The translations under genes and the position numbers were made by a program. Below, piece by piece: positions 35,609-46,732 of a stretch of DNA of 64,000 nucleotides. The notes beneath the pieces were generated by a model. That model had not been told where the DNA came from and did no database searches. It saw nothing but the letters and a program-made list of their open reading frames with translations. The stretch comes from Nostoc sp. DedSLP01. Lineage in GTDB: Bacteria; Cyanobacteriota; Cyanobacteriia; Cyanobacteriales; Nostocaceae. The first letter of the stretch is position 1. Each line of letters opens with the position of its first letter. The stretch covers positions 160,001 through 224,000 of the forward strand of contig JAVRCJ020000001.1 in the NCBI GenBank assembly GCA_034530875.2, read 5' to 3'.

Positions 35609-37474
35609 TTGCAAGTGAATCAACAACGACATTTGATTAAAAAACAGGTTATAGAACTTAATTTGAGTTCGCAAGAAGGTGCTTTTGAACTGCAAAATGA
35701 ATTAAGCAGAATATATCGCTATAAAATTATTGGTCTCATCGATCGCGTGTTGAGTGAGTTCAGCAGTGCAGAGATAATATACAGAATTAATACATTAGAA
35801 CTTAATTTAGGAAATATTGATATTAATAATCTTGAAGATGAATTTATTAATAAATTCATAGAAAAATTTCGGCAACAATTACCAGAAACAATTCATATAT
35901 CAACTTCTATATTGTCAGGACATACGCAATCTAACACTAACTTACACGAATCTTCAAAGCTGGTTCTTAAAACAGCGGTTTTGTCTAGTGAAACAGGTGC
36001 AGAGAAAGCGAAAAATCAACGAGAGAATCAAGTCAACTCTGTGGATGTAACTTGGAATGAAAAACTATCCGATCGCCATCAACCCAGAGTAGCAGAAACC
36101 GCCGATAAAAAAGCTTTAGAATTAGAGATTTTTAGCTACTTTATTCAAACAGGTATGCTACCTTGGTGGAGTAAAAAATTAAGCAAACAAGAGTTAGAAG
36201 AATGTTGCGATCGCCTCATAGCAAATTCCCCAAATAAAATTAAATCTCTTCTCGAGCAAAATTTTAAAGATATCAACCAATTGCAGCGCCTTATTTACCA
36301 ATTTTCTGATGAAATCCTCCTGAAAATAGTAAAATTATTTACTGCTGATTTAGTCCAGTTTATTGCAGACTACAATACAGACACAAAGCTTATTTTTCAA
36401 CGGTTAGAGCAGACTAGAAATATTCCAGAAGCAAAATTGAGATTGGAGAAATGGCAAGGAATATTTGTCAGCCTAGTCTCAGAGACTAATATTCAACTAA
36501 ATAAACTTAAATTAATCCAAGCAAATTTATTACACATTGCTACAAGTAATGCAATTAACTATTCTGAGCTTATAAACAGCCTTGTTGCCAAAATTGACTA
36601 TCTAATCAAACAAGGAAATCACTTTAACAGTAACCTTCCAGAAATATTAACGTTAATCCAAAAACCTAGCGAAGATACACAGATTGTTAGAGAATACCAA
36701 CAAGCAAAGCTATTATTAAGTGAGTTACAAAAACTAAGCCTCAATCGCCAGATATCACTGCAATATACACAGCAAATCAATCAACTTAAGCATGAGATTC
36801 AAATATTACTCAGTGAGATAAAAAATTCTGTTCTACCACAGAGCCAACCCTACCATATAACAACACATTTGAATCAACTTTTGCAAATTACTCAAACTCT
36901 GAAAATTAAAGTTAAACAAGAAAGTAATTCCCAACAAATTACAATTACAAATACTATCAATACTTTTAGCGATTGTAATGAATTTTATATTTACAATGCC
37001 GGATTAATTTTGTTATGGCCATTTATAAATCGTTTTTTTGTCAAAATAGGACTCGTACAAGAAAATAATTTTATTAACATCATATCTAGGAAACGAGCAA
37101 GCCTTTTACTTCAGTATTTAGCTGATACTTCAATAGAATCACCAGAACATATTTTACCCTTAAACAAAATACTTTGCGGCATAGATTTATTAGAACCTAT
37201 AGACGCCAATTTAGAAATTACTGCAAGCGAAATAGTAGAATGTGAAAATTTGTTATCTGCTGTGATTCAAAAGTGGCCGATTTTAAAAAAAACATCTGTA
37301 GAAGGGTTTAGAAAAGCTTTTTTGCAGAGAAACGGTATTTTGAGAGTTCATGATAATGGATGGCTGCTACAGGTTGAACGTGAAACTTACGATGTTTTGT
37401 TAGATAAAATTCCTTGGAGTATACGCGTTATTAAACTGCCGTGGATGGACAACATTTTATACGTAGAGTGGTAG
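35609..37474 (+). CDS. Contractile injection system tape measure protein (Afp14-like)
   Basis: N-terminal HLIKKQ.IEL, YF..TG.LPWW; C-terminal NAGL.LLWPF, LNKILCG, FLQRNG.L, DVLL..IPW....IKLPWM; start codon (TTG or GTG at 35615) uncertain. Confidence 0.85.
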   Translation: MQVNQQRHLIKKQVIELNLSSQEGAFELQNELSRIYRYKIIGLIDRVLSEFSSAEIIYRINTLELNLGNIDINNLEDEFINKFIEKFRQQLPETIHISTSILSGHTQSNTNLHESSKLVLKTAVLSSETGAEKAKNQRENQVNSVDVTWNEKLSDRHQPRVAETADKKALELEIFSYFIQTGMLPWWSKKLSKQELEECCDRLIANSPNKIKSLLEQNFKDINQLQRLIYQFSDEILLKIVKLFTADLVQFIADYNTDTKLIFQRLEQTRNIPEAKLRLEKWQGIFVSLVSETNIQLNKLKLIQANLLHIATSNAINYSELINSLVAKIDYLIKQGNHFNSNLPEILTLIQKPSEDTQIVREYQQAKLLLSELQKLSLNRQISLQYTQQINQLKHEIQILLSEIKNSVLPQSQPYHITTHLNQLLQITQTLKIKVKQESNSQQITITNTINTFSDCNEFYIYNAGLILLWPFINRFFVKIGLVQENNFINIISRKRASLLLQYLADTSIESPEHILPLNKILCGIDLLEPIDANLEITASEIVECENLLSAVIQKWPILKKTSVEGFRKAFLQRNGILRVHDNGWLLQVERETYDVLLDKIPWSIRVIKLPWMDNILYVEW

Positions 37475-37484
37475 AAAGATGGCG

Positions 37485-37559
37485 ATACCGAGTTGCGTTC
37501 AAAAATATTAGTTTGGGGAAGCAGGGGGAAAAATACTACATTTGATTGCAACTTGGTAT
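37485..37559. repeat. Short MITE-like element with ATACCGAGTTGC/GCAACTTGGTAT ends at the right edge of the eCIS
   Basis: 12-bp inverted ends with one mismatch. Confidence 0.5.
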
Positions 37560-37786
37560 AATCAATAATTTTTGGGGGACAACTGGTGGGGCTGCCATTA
37601 AATGCACTTAGACCTGATGCTTGTCAGCATACCTTCAGCACATGGGCTATTACTAGCTGTATTACTTGTGGCGTCGCAACCTAGTTGATGCTGAGTACCC
37701 TGATTTTTGATGCCGGACAAGACAAGCTGCTACTTAAATGCTACTTATAAGAATGAATTAACAAGTCGCAAATAGATTTATAAAAT

Positions 37787-39622
37787 ATGACTAACTTTAT
37801 TAAACAAACTCTTGCTAGTTTAATTGGCAGCTTACTAGGACTAATTATTTTCGCCGGTCTGGGAACCAGCGGACTGTTTTTCTTGCTGTTGGCTGCTACC
37901 TCCTCTAAAGATACCGGGCCGCAAGTCAAAGATAAGTCAATGTTGGTTTTTGATTTGTCGATGAAAATTAGTGATGGCGAACCTAATTCTGGCGAATTCT
38001 TTCAGAACGCACTCTCAAATGTGGGCGAAGAGAGAATGACACTGCGCAAAATTATGGAAACCTTGGACAAGGCTAGACGCGATCCGCGAATTGTAGGTAT
38101 CTATCTGGATGGGAGCCGCACAAGTGACACTACTGGTATCGGTTATGCTTCTTTGAAGGAAATCCGCGAAGCTCTAGAGCAATTTCGCGCTAGTGGGAAA
38201 AAGATTGTCGCTTATGGCAGTAATTGGAGCGAAAAGGAATATTATCTCAGTTCGGCAGCAAATTCCATCATCCTTAATCCCTTAGGGTTGATGGAAGTTA
38301 ACGGTTTGAGTTCACAGATGATGTTTTTAACGGGAGCATTCCAGAAGTATGGTATTGGGGTGCAAATTGTGCGGGTGGGCAAATTTAAGGGAGCTGTTGA
38401 ACCGTTAATCCTGACAAAGTTGAGTCCAGAAAACCGCGAACAAACTCAGAAATTATTGGATGATGTCTGGGGAGAATGGCGCAATGTTGTGGCTGCGAGT
38501 CGGAAAATTCAACCAGAAAAATTACAGGCGATCGCAGACGAACAAGCTGTGTTAGAAGCAACACAAGCAAAAAGCAGCGGTTTGGTAGACCAAGTAGCAT
38601 ACCCCGATGAAGTGGTAGCTGACCTGAAAAAGCTAACAAGTAGCGACAAAGAAGACAAAACATTCCGGCAAATTAACTTGAATGATTACGCCCAAGTTTC
38701 CGGTAAGTCTTTGGGTGTAGAACGCGACTCAAAAAATAAAATTGCCGTTGTTTATGCTGAAGGCGAGATTGTCGATGGTAGAGGGGAAGATGGCGAAATA
38801 GGAGGCGATCGCTTTGCGAAAATCTTTAACAGACTGCGGCAAGATAAAGATATCAAAGCAGTTGTCCTGCGAATTAATAGCCCCGGTGGTAGCGCTACCG
38901 CAGCCGAAGTTATACAGCGAGAAGTGAAATTAACTCGCCAAGAAAAACCAGTTGTAGTATCGATGGGCGATACCGCCGCCTCTGGTGGTTATTGGATTGC
39001 TAGCGACTCTAACAAAATTTTTGCCCAACCAAATACAATTACAGGTTCAATTGGGGTATTTGGGGTACTGTTTAATGGACAAAAATTGGCCAGTGACAAT
39101 GGTATTACCTGGGATTCAGTAAAAACAGGACGCTATGCAGACGTACAAACAGTTTCCCGCCCGAAATCACCCCAAGAGTTAGCACTTTACCAACGCAGCG
39201 TTGACCGAATTTATAATATGTTTCTCAACAAAGTTTCTCAAGGTCGGAAACTCCCAGAACAAAAAGTTGCAGAAATTGCCCAAGGACGAGTTTGGTCGGG
39301 TGTGGCGGCCAAGGAAATTGGTTTAGTGGATGATATTGGCGGTTTAGATGCTGCGATCGCTTTTGCTGTTAAAGAAGCCAAACTAGGAGAAGATTGGGAA
39401 TTACAAGAATATCCTCGTTTTAGTAGCTTCGGAGAACGCTTTTTTGGACGAGCAACTCAAGAGGTACAGAATACTTTAGAAATTGAGCCAACCCAAGTCA
39501 AAAAATCTAATCCTCTGAATGCTGAATTCCAGAAATTGCAACAAGAAATCCAAATTCTGCAAAAAATGAACGACCCACAGGGAATTTATGCCCGTTTACC
39601 TTTCAATTTGAAAATTGAGTAG
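37787..39622 (+). CDS. sppA: Signal peptide peptidase SppA (67K type)
   Basis: N-terminal TM helix, VGKFKGAVEP, RINSPGGS, AASGGYW, TITGSIGV, AQGRVWSG. Confidence 0.93.
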   Translation: MTNFIKQTLASLIGSLLGLIIFAGLGTSGLFFLLLAATSSKDTGPQVKDKSMLVFDLSMKISDGEPNSGEFFQNALSNVGEERMTLRKIMETLDKARRDPRIVGIYLDGSRTSDTTGIGYASLKEIREALEQFRASGKKIVAYGSNWSEKEYYLSSAANSIILNPLGLMEVNGLSSQMMFLTGAFQKYGIGVQIVRVGKFKGAVEPLILTKLSPENREQTQKLLDDVWGEWRNVVAASRKIQPEKLQAIADEQAVLEATQAKSSGLVDQVAYPDEVVADLKKLTSSDKEDKTFRQINLNDYAQVSGKSLGVERDSKNKIAVVYAEGEIVDGRGEDGEIGGDRFAKIFNRLRQDKDIKAVVLRINSPGGSATAAEVIQREVKLTRQEKPVVVSMGDTAASGGYWIASDSNKIFAQPNTITGSIGVFGVLFNGQKLASDNGITWDSVKTGRYADVQTVSRPKSPQELALYQRSVDRIYNMFLNKVSQGRKLPEQKVAEIAQGRVWSGVAAKEIGLVDDIGGLDAAIAFAVKEAKLGEDWELQEYPRFSSFGERFFGRATQEVQNTLEIEPTQVKKSNPLNAEFQKLQQEIQILQKMNDPQGIYARLPFNLKIE

Positions 39623-39837
39623 TGCTAAAACCACTACGCAGATATCTTCTCGGTAAAGTATATCAGTTATCAAAATTACCGATTTAGAGATAGATGCAAT
39701 GTGGGGTGTCTACAATAGCACCCCAGATTATCAAGATTTCTAATGTCAGTAGATTACAAAGTTCTCTGTTTAGGCTGGGTGTAGGGTGTAGGGAAAAGAC
39801 ATCTCCAGAAATTAATTCTGCGTTACCCGAAATACTT

Positions 39838-39866
39838 GTAGAGACGTAGCAATGCTACGTCTCTAA
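39838..39866. repeat. REP-like palindrome GTAGAGACGTAGCAATGCTACGTCTCTA between convergent genes
   Basis: 13-bp inverted repeat. Confidence 0.75.
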
Positions 39867-39897
39867 ATTCATTTTCACCAAATGTCTCTAATTAATT

Positions 39898-41988
39898 TTA
39901 AACAACAGTAAAATTGCTGTTGGTTAATGATAGCCCAGTAGATAGTTGTGCAAATTGTACTTTATTGAACGCACCCGCACTACCATCAGAGTCAAAGAAC
40001 AATGCACCTGTAGTCGAGTTATAGATAAATCTCTGAGCGCCCGTGGTTGCAGATGTACCGATTGTAAATTGACTAGCTTTGAGTACGCCTAGTGATAAGC
40101 CGCCACCAAAACCACTAGCCGATACTCGAATGACTTCGTTAGTGGCGTTAAAGTCAAAAATGCGATCGCTACCTTCATTGAAACTATCGAAAACAAAGGT
40201 ATCAATACCACTTCCTCCATAAAGGCGATCGTTACCTTTGCCACCTGTGAGGGTATCATTACCATTTCCACCTTTGAGGGTGTTTTTACCAATGGAATTA
40301 AGCGCGATGAGAGTATCATTTCCATCCCCACCATCGAGTAAATTATCACCTGATGAAGAGTTAACAATCAAGCGATCGCTACCTGCACCACCGTTGAGAG
40401 TGTTATTGCCAGATGTCCTACGATCCATCTGGTTATCAAAATCGTAATAGTAACCAGAACCTGCGATCGTATCGTTACCATCGCCACCATTGAGTAGGTT
40501 ATCTCCTGTTGAATAATCAAAATTCAAAGAATCGTTACCAGCACCACCATTGAGGGTGTTATTACCATCTGTGGTATGGAAACCTCCTTGGATGTCGTAA
40601 GTGTAACCAGAAGCCGAAAGATAATCGTTGCCATCATCACCAGACACCAAATTATCGCCTTCTGAAATGCTGATATTCAAAGTATCATCACCAGCTCCAC
40701 CATTGAGGGTATTATTACCGTAAGTGCGATCGGTTCCTCTAAAGCCAGACTGTATCCCAGAGGCAGAGAGATAATCATTACCATAGCTACCATTGAGTAC
40801 GTTGTTGCCTCCTGAATAGTTGGCAATCAAACTATCATTACCAATGCCACCATTGAGGGTGTTATTGCCGATACTATTTGAAACGCCAAGAAAATCATTG
40901 CCATCACCACCATCCAGCAAATTGTTATCTTCTGAATAGTTGGCTGTCAAAGTATCATAACCAGCACCACCATCAAGGATATTCTTGCCAGAGGTCACAT
41001 AGCCTCCACGTTCGTTAACGTAGAAACTAGACACAGAAAGCACATCGTTGCCATTACCTCCCAGCAGTAGGTTGTCCCCTGCTGAATACCCAGCATCTAA
41101 TGTATCGTTACCAGCCCCACCATTGAGGGTGTTGTTACCTAAGATGGGATCGACTTCTATGAAGCCTCCTGAGCTATCCACTAAGCCAGAGGCAGATAGA
41201 AAATCATTACCATCGCCTCCATCTAGCAAGTTATTGCCTGTTAAGTCAGCGGTCAAACTATCATCACCGCTACCACCAACAAGGGAGTTATTGCCTGCAT
41301 CACCACGCAGTATGTCATTACCAATACCACCAATGAGAGTATCATTCCCCGTACCACCTCTCAAAAGGTCGTTGCCACTTTTGCCATCGATTTTGTCATT
41401 ACCCCCCTGACCATTTACCACATCATTTGAGTTGTCTAAACCTGTAATGTTGTTAGCGAGGTCATTGAGGAAAGTTACCGTATTCTTGATGCCGATGCTT
41501 GTTTCAGTGGAGTTGGCATCCAGAACATTAAAACTATCGGTAATGCTACTTTCTCCATCAAAGATAATATTGCCAATGGCTGGTTTGTTACTAGAGGCTT
41601 TCAGGTTCTCTAAGTTTTCTAGTTTGAAGTTTTTCAGGATAATTTTCGCGTCATCTACTCCTTCAAAGCTAATTTCTAAGGTTGTGCCATTCTGGGTGAG
41701 CAGCAAATTTCGTACAGTCAAACCACTGCCAATGAATTTGATGGTATCGACTTCGGCAATAACTGCTGCTGTTGGATTTGTTCCTTTACCGATGCCACCG
41801 AAATCAGTAATAGTATCAGTGCCGTCACTCAAGTTATAAACAAATTTATCCTTGCCACCACCACCAGTCAGGGTGTCGTTGTCAAGGCGGCCTGTGATGG
41901 TATCATTCCCGGCTTTACCATTAATTGTGTCGCTACTGTCAGTGCCTATTAGGGTATCATCTGACTTAGTTCCAATGATATTTGACAT
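39898..41988 (-). CDS. RTX/hemolysin-type calcium-binding repeat protein 1
   Basis: Many GGxGxDxL nonapeptides; C-terminal FIYN..TGALFFD.DG module. Confidence 0.9.
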   Translation of the reverse strand: MSNIIGTKSDDTLIGTDSSDTINGKAGNDTITGRLDNDTLTGGGGKDKFVYNLSDGTDTITDFGGIGKGTNPTAAVIAEVDTIKFIGSGLTVRNLLLTQNGTTLEISFEGVDDAKIILKNFKLENLENLKASSNKPAIGNIIFDGESSITDSFNVLDANSTETSIGIKNTVTFLNDLANNITGLDNSNDVVNGQGGNDKIDGKSGNDLLRGGTGNDTLIGGIGNDILRGDAGNNSLVGGSGDDSLTADLTGNNLLDGGDGNDFLSASGLVDSSGGFIEVDPILGNNTLNGGAGNDTLDAGYSAGDNLLLGGNGNDVLSVSSFYVNERGGYVTSGKNILDGGAGYDTLTANYSEDNNLLDGGDGNDFLGVSNSIGNNTLNGGIGNDSLIANYSGGNNVLNGSYGNDYLSASGIQSGFRGTDRTYGNNTLNGGAGDDTLNISISEGDNLVSGDDGNDYLSASGYTYDIQGGFHTTDGNNTLNGGAGNDSLNFDYSTGDNLLNGGDGNDTIAGSGYYYDFDNQMDRRTSGNNTLNGGAGSDRLIVNSSSGDNLLDGGDGNDTLIALNSIGKNTLKGGNGNDTLTGGKGNDRLYGGSGIDTFVFDSFNEGSDRIFDFNATNEVIRVSASGFGGGLSLGVLKASQFTIGTSATTGAQRFIYNSTTGALFFDSDGSAGAFNKVQFAQLSTGLSLTNSNFTVV

Positions 41989-42185
41989 AACTTTTTCCTA
42001 ACTGAATCGATGTTTTGGAGTAACTTTTAGTTCTCAAGGTGCTGTAAAGTTATGACCTGAATGTAAGTATTCAGGAGCCAGAATAGTTAAAAAATCAGAA
42101 TAAGATTTGATGAATGAATATCGAAACCATACTTAATTCTGACTTGGTGACTTCTGGGTGCTGAATTCTTACATTTGAATTAACT

Positions 42186-44705
42186 TTAAACAACGACAAA
42201 ATTGTTGTTGGTTAATGACAAGCCAGTAGATAGTTGTGCAAATTGTACTTTGCCGAACGCACCTGCACTACCATCAGAGTCAAAGAACAATGCACCTGTC
42301 GTTGAGTTATAAATAAATTTCTGCGCGCCAGTGGTTGCAGATGTACCGATTGTAAATTGACTAGCTTTGAGTACACCTGTTGATAAGCCGCCACTAAAAT
42401 CAACTGATATCTGAATTACTTCATTAGTGGCGTTGAAATCATAAATCCTATCAACACCTTCATTCAAACTATTGAAAACAAAGGTATCAATACCACTTCC
42501 TCCATAAAGCTTATCATTAGCATTCCCGCCTATTAGGGTATCATTACCTGCACCACCAATAATCGTATCACTGCCAGAATAGCCCCCATCGAGCGTATCG
42601 TTGCCATTGCTACCTACAATGTAGTCATTGTATTCTCTGCCTGAGATATGTAATCTTTCGATATTCTTGTAGCTAACCCGAGATGTGCCCTCTGTAATTT
42701 CTCCGGTGTTTGTAGTGGAACTGAATGTCGAAGTGATTCCTTGTGGATTATTGCTGTAATTTACTATGTAATCAACGGACAATAAATCGTCACCCTTACC
42801 CCCGTCTATGGTATCTTTGCCACCATAGCCTGTGGAGAGCGTATCGTTGCCATTGCTGCCTACAATGCTGTCATTGTAGTCTGTACCTGTGACATTTAAT
42901 CTTTCGATATTCTTGTAGCTAACCCGATATGTACCCTCTGTAACTGAGCCAACATTAGTAGTGACATTGAATGTTGAAGTGATTCCTCCAGGAGCATTGC
43001 TGTAATTGACTCTCAATAAATCTTCACCCTTACCTCCGTCTATGGTATCTTTGCCACCACTGCCCGTGGAGAGCGTATCGTTGCCATTGTTGCCCACAAT
43101 ATTGTCATCGTAGACTGTATCTACGATATTTAATCTTTCGATATTCTTATAGCTAACCCGATATTTGCCTGCTGTTATTTCTCCAATGTTAGTAGTGGCA
43201 TTGAATGTCGTTGCGATCGCTCCAGTAGCATCTGTGTAATCAACGGACAATAAATCATCACCCTTCCCCCCATCTACCGTTTGAGTTGCAAAAGAAGAGA
43301 GGACAATATCTGGAGATGAAGTCCTTACATAGAATGAATCATTGCCATCGCCACTAGAAAGTAAGTTATTGCCTGTTGTATACTCAGCACGCAATGTATC
43401 GTTACCAGCCCCACCGTTGAGGGTGTTATTACCTGAGGTGGAATTGTAATAACCACTAGTAACTGCGAAGAAATCGCCAGAGACGGAGAGGTAATCATTG
43501 CCATCGCCCCCAGAGAGTAGGTTATTGCCTGTTGAATACCTAGCAAGCAATGTGTCGTCACCAACGCCACCGTTGAGGGTGCTATTGCCTGAGGAGCTAA
43601 AACTATAGTAAGATCTATATACATCGTAGCCAGAACTGGAGAGATAATCATTGCCATCGTCTCCAGAGAGGAAGCTATTGCCTTCTGAAGACTCAGCACG
43701 TAAAGTATCGTCACCAGCGCCACCATTGAGGGTGTTAGTGCCTGAGGAGCTAATTAATTTGAAGTCTCCGCCAACAAAGTAAGAAGCGTTAAGAATATCA
43801 TTACCATCGCCCCCAAAGAGTAAGTTATTGCCTTTTGAACCCTGAGTATACAATGTATCGCTACCAGCACCACCGTTGAGGGTGTTATTGCCAGTTGAAA
43901 AATTAGTACTCAAGTAATCATCACCAGCATTTCCATTGAGGCTGTTATTGCCAGACACATAGTAATAGTTAAAGCCTGCAATTTCATCTCGGTAGTACCC
44001 AGAGGCATAGAGGGTGTCATTGCCAATACCCCCAATGAGAGTATTATTGCCAGTACCACCCCGCAGCAAGTCATCGCCGCCTAAGCCGTCGATTTTGTCA
44101 TTACCTCCCTGGCCATTAATCACATCGTTTGAGTTGTCTAAACCCGTAATATTATTGTCCAGGTCATTAAGAAAGGTCACTGTATTCTTGATGCCAATGC
44201 TCGTATCAGTAGAGTTCGCATCTAAAACATTAAAACTGTCAACAATGCTAGTGTCCTCATCAAACAGAATATTACCAATTGCTGGTCTTGTTCCAGAAGC
44301 TTTAAGGTTTTCCAAGTCTTCTAGTTTAAAGTTTTGCAGGATAACTTTTGTGTCAGCTAGAGCAAGTTTCCCTTCAAAAGTGATTTCCAAGTTTGTACCA
44401 TTTTGGGTGAGCAACATATTTCGGGCAGTCAGCCCAGCGTCTTGGAATTTAATCGTATCAACTTCGGAAATGACTTCTGCTGTGGGGTTTGTTGCTTTAC
44501 CGACGCCACCGAAATCTGTAATGGTGTCAATGCCGTCATTGTCATACAAGTCGTAAACAAATATATCCTTCCCACCGCCACCTGTTAAAGAGTCGTCGCC
44601 TTGATTACCTGTGATGGTATCGTTGCCAGCTTTACCATTAATCGTGTCAGCGCTGTCAGTACCCACTAGGGTATCATTTGCCTTGGTTCCAATGATATTT
44701 GACAT
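42186..44705 (-). CDS. RTX/hemolysin-type calcium-binding repeat protein 2 (paralogue of 39898-41988)
   Basis: Same N- and C-terminal modules, plus three RVSYKNIERL repeats. Confidence 0.9.
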   Translation of the reverse strand: MSNIIGTKANDTLVGTDSADTINGKAGNDTITGNQGDDSLTGGGGKDIFVYDLYDNDGIDTITDFGGVGKATNPTAEVISEVDTIKFQDAGLTARNMLLTQNGTNLEITFEGKLALADTKVILQNFKLEDLENLKASGTRPAIGNILFDEDTSIVDSFNVLDANSTDTSIGIKNTVTFLNDLDNNITGLDNSNDVINGQGGNDKIDGLGGDDLLRGGTGNNTLIGGIGNDTLYASGYYRDEIAGFNYYYVSGNNSLNGNAGDDYLSTNFSTGNNTLNGGAGSDTLYTQGSKGNNLLFGGDGNDILNASYFVGGDFKLISSSGTNTLNGGAGDDTLRAESSEGNSFLSGDDGNDYLSSSGYDVYRSYYSFSSSGNSTLNGGVGDDTLLARYSTGNNLLSGGDGNDYLSVSGDFFAVTSGYYNSTSGNNTLNGGAGNDTLRAEYTTGNNLLSSGDGNDSFYVRTSSPDIVLSSFATQTVDGGKGDDLLSVDYTDATGAIATTFNATTNIGEITAGKYRVSYKNIERLNIVDTVYDDNIVGNNGNDTLSTGSGGKDTIDGGKGEDLLRVNYSNAPGGITSTFNVTTNVGSVTEGTYRVSYKNIERLNVTGTDYNDSIVGSNGNDTLSTGYGGKDTIDGGKGDDLLSVDYIVNYSNNPQGITSTFSSTTNTGEITEGTSRVSYKNIERLHISGREYNDYIVGSNGNDTLDGGYSGSDTIIGGAGNDTLIGGNANDKLYGGSGIDTFVFNSLNEGVDRIYDFNATNEVIQISVDFSGGLSTGVLKASQFTIGTSATTGAQKFIYNSTTGALFFDSDGSAGAFGKVQFAQLSTGLSLTNNNFVVV

Positions 44706-44898
44706 AACTTTTTCCTACCTGAATCGATTTTTGGAGTAAATTAAGTTCTCAAGTCGTTGTTAGTGCTGTTGGAGTGCGCAAAAATTCGCCGAAATATGAT
44801 GCTTTCGGCATACCTGATATCACCTTGGAGGGTTACGAATTTTTAATCACAAATCCCCTTGGATTTGCTTGTAAGTAGTATTTTTCCAACTATCTATG

Positions 44899-45002
44899 AT
44901 ATGATGTCCGCCTAATCACCCATAATAAAAACCTCTCCGCGTCCCCGCGTCTCCGTGTCTCCGCGTCAGCCTTAACTATGGGTCTTTAACCGGACATGAT
45001 AT
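44899..45002. mobile_element. 104-bp MITE-like element with ~28-bp imperfect terminal inverted repeats and internal (CCGCGTCT)-like repeats
   Basis: ATATGATGTCCGCCTAATCACCCATA ... TATGGGTCTTTAACCGGACATGATAT. Confidence 0.65.
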
Positions 45003-45601
45003 GACTATTTATGTCTTAAGCGCTGTACAAATTTGTGAGGGTGTAGATTCACAAAAACAACTAGTTTCACAGTTGTTTCAAGCATCCTCCATATATTAGT
45101 GTTAGCAAACATTTAGCGTAGACATTACTGAACAAGGCTTGAAAAGCCAAGCTGGAATGCGCCAAACAAAAAGCTGATAGCTTGGTTGGTTCAATGCCTA
45201 AGCCGCACTAGTTTAAAAATCAGGAACACTTGACACAAATGAGAGAAAGAATCTTTATGCTTTTTTGTGGGCGATGCCCTTGGATATTTGGCTTCCAAAT
45301 AGTTAATATTCTACTAAATTAATATAGAATATTTACTTACATATTTGTATGTATACAGATATCTTTGCATAATCTTTATATTAATTGCTAATAAATCTAT
45401 ACATAAGTACTAAATATTTTGAAAATCAAAGTATTTGCACAAAGCACTAAATAAATATCCTCTGAATAAATAGATGTTTTGCTTAGCGATTCCTACGGTT
45501 TTTGCTACCTTACATGATAATGAAAATAAATTCTATCCGAACCACAATTGTTATCGATCGCCAAATTATCAACCCACAGATAGATGCAATATGAGGTGCA
45601 A

Positions 45602-45676
45602 TTAAACATTGAAATCAAAATTGCGATCGCTACCTTCATTGATACTATTAAAACCAAAGGTATCAGCACCAGCTCC
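45602..45676 (-). pseudogene. Relic fragment of a third RTX gene
   Basis: Minus strand reads GAGADTFGFNSINEGSDRNFDFNV*, versus [24 protein letters not shown] in RTX1. Confidence 0.75.
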
Positions 45677-45715
45677 CCCATCTCCCCATTCCCTATTCCC
45701 TACTCCCCTCAATTA

Positions 45716-46732
45716 ATGAAAAGACTATTTCAAACAATCTTTGATGAATACCGCGTATTTTGGGCTGTTTTGCTTTTTGGCGTAGGGCTGCTGGTTACCC
45801 TAGCGCTATCGCTTTCCCAAGGAGCAGTACCTTTGAGTATGTCTGAGTTTTGGCAAGCCATTCTTCGCCAAGGAGATCCGATTAAACAGACAATTCTCTG
45901 GGATTTGCGTCTGCCGCGCATTTGTGCGGCTGTGCTTGTTGGCGCAGCTTTGGGGATGTCAGGAGCGCTGCTACAAGGAATGTTACGCAATAGCCTTGCC
46001 GATCCTTTTATTCTCGGGATTTCGGCGGGTGCGGGATTAATTGTCATTTTAACGATTGTCTGGCAAATATTCCCGATCGCCATTCCTCTGGCGGCTTGGA
46101 TAGGTGCAATCTTGACTTCGGCGATCGTAATTTTACTCGGTCGTGGGACGTCGGGAATTTCAGTCGAGCGTTTGATTTTAGGCGGAGTGGCGGTAAGTTC
46201 TTTATTTGGTGCCGTGCAAAGTACCTTGCTGCTTTTAGCTGAAGACGGTCAAATTCAAATTGCGCTGAGTTGGTTGATTGGTAGCCTCAACGGACGGGGT
46301 TGGCAAGAAATTTTTACTGCTAGTCCTTATATTATCGTTGCATTAGTGGCAGGATGCTTGTTGGCGCGATCGGTGAACGTGTTGGCTTTGGGTGACGATT
46401 TGGCCGTGGGATTGGGGCTTTCGCTAACGCGATCGCGCTTATTAATTGGTGGTGTCGCCACGTTATTAGCTGCAAGTGCTGTCAGCATCGGCGGCTTAAT
46501 TGGATTTGTCGGTCTTGTCGTCCCTCACGGCGTCCGGCTGCTCGTGGGTACAGATCATCGCTTTGTTTTGCCACTTTCTGCCCTTGCAGGTGCATGGTTG
46601 CTAACCTTTGCAGACTTACTCTCTAGATTAGGAGCAGTAGAACTTCCAGTAGGTTCGGTCACCGCCTTGTTAGGTTCGCCGCTGTTTATCTGGTTACTTT
46701 ATCGTCGTTCTGCTGGCTTTAATAAATTGTGA
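45716..46732 (+). CDS. FecCD/BtuC-family ABC transporter permease (orphan)
   Basis: LRLPR, LQGMLRNSLADPFILGISAGA, GLIGFVGLVVPH, G.PLFIWLL; start moved to the ATG at 45716. Confidence 0.88.
   Translation: MKRLFQTIFDEYRVFWAVLLFGVGLLVTLALSLSQGAVPLSMSEFWQAILRQGDPIKQTILWDLRLPRICAAVLVGAALGMSGALLQGMLRNSLADPFILGISAGAGLIVILTIVWQIFPIAIPLAAWIGAILTSAIVILLGRGTSGISVERLILGGVAVSSLFGAVQSTLLLLAEDGQIQIALSWLIGSLNGRGWQEIFTASPYIIVALVAGCLLARSVNVLALGDDLAVGLGLSLTRSRLLIGGVATLLAASAVSIGGLIGFVGLVVPHGVRLLVGTDHRFVLPLSALAGAWLLTFADLLSRLGAVELPVGSVTALLGSPLFIWLLYRRSAGFNKL

Noticed and set aside
17206..37474. Prophage or type VI secretion system
   Set aside because: No capsid, portal, terminase, integrase or lysis genes, and no TssJLM/ClpV; the gene set matches an eCIS.
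40089..44588. Overlapping short ORFs within the RTX genes (and similar antisense ORFs in gabD, sheath, fibre, VgrG and others)
   Set aside because: Shadow frames of well-supported genes.
45516..45534. Fur-box-like GATAATGAAAATAAATTCT upstream of the FecCD permease
   Set aside because: Only 13/19 matches in very AT-rich DNA, not palindromic, and separated from the gene by the RTX relic.
45584..45715. N-terminal 44 aa of the FecCD ORF
   Set aside because: Antisense RTX relic plus repeat tract.
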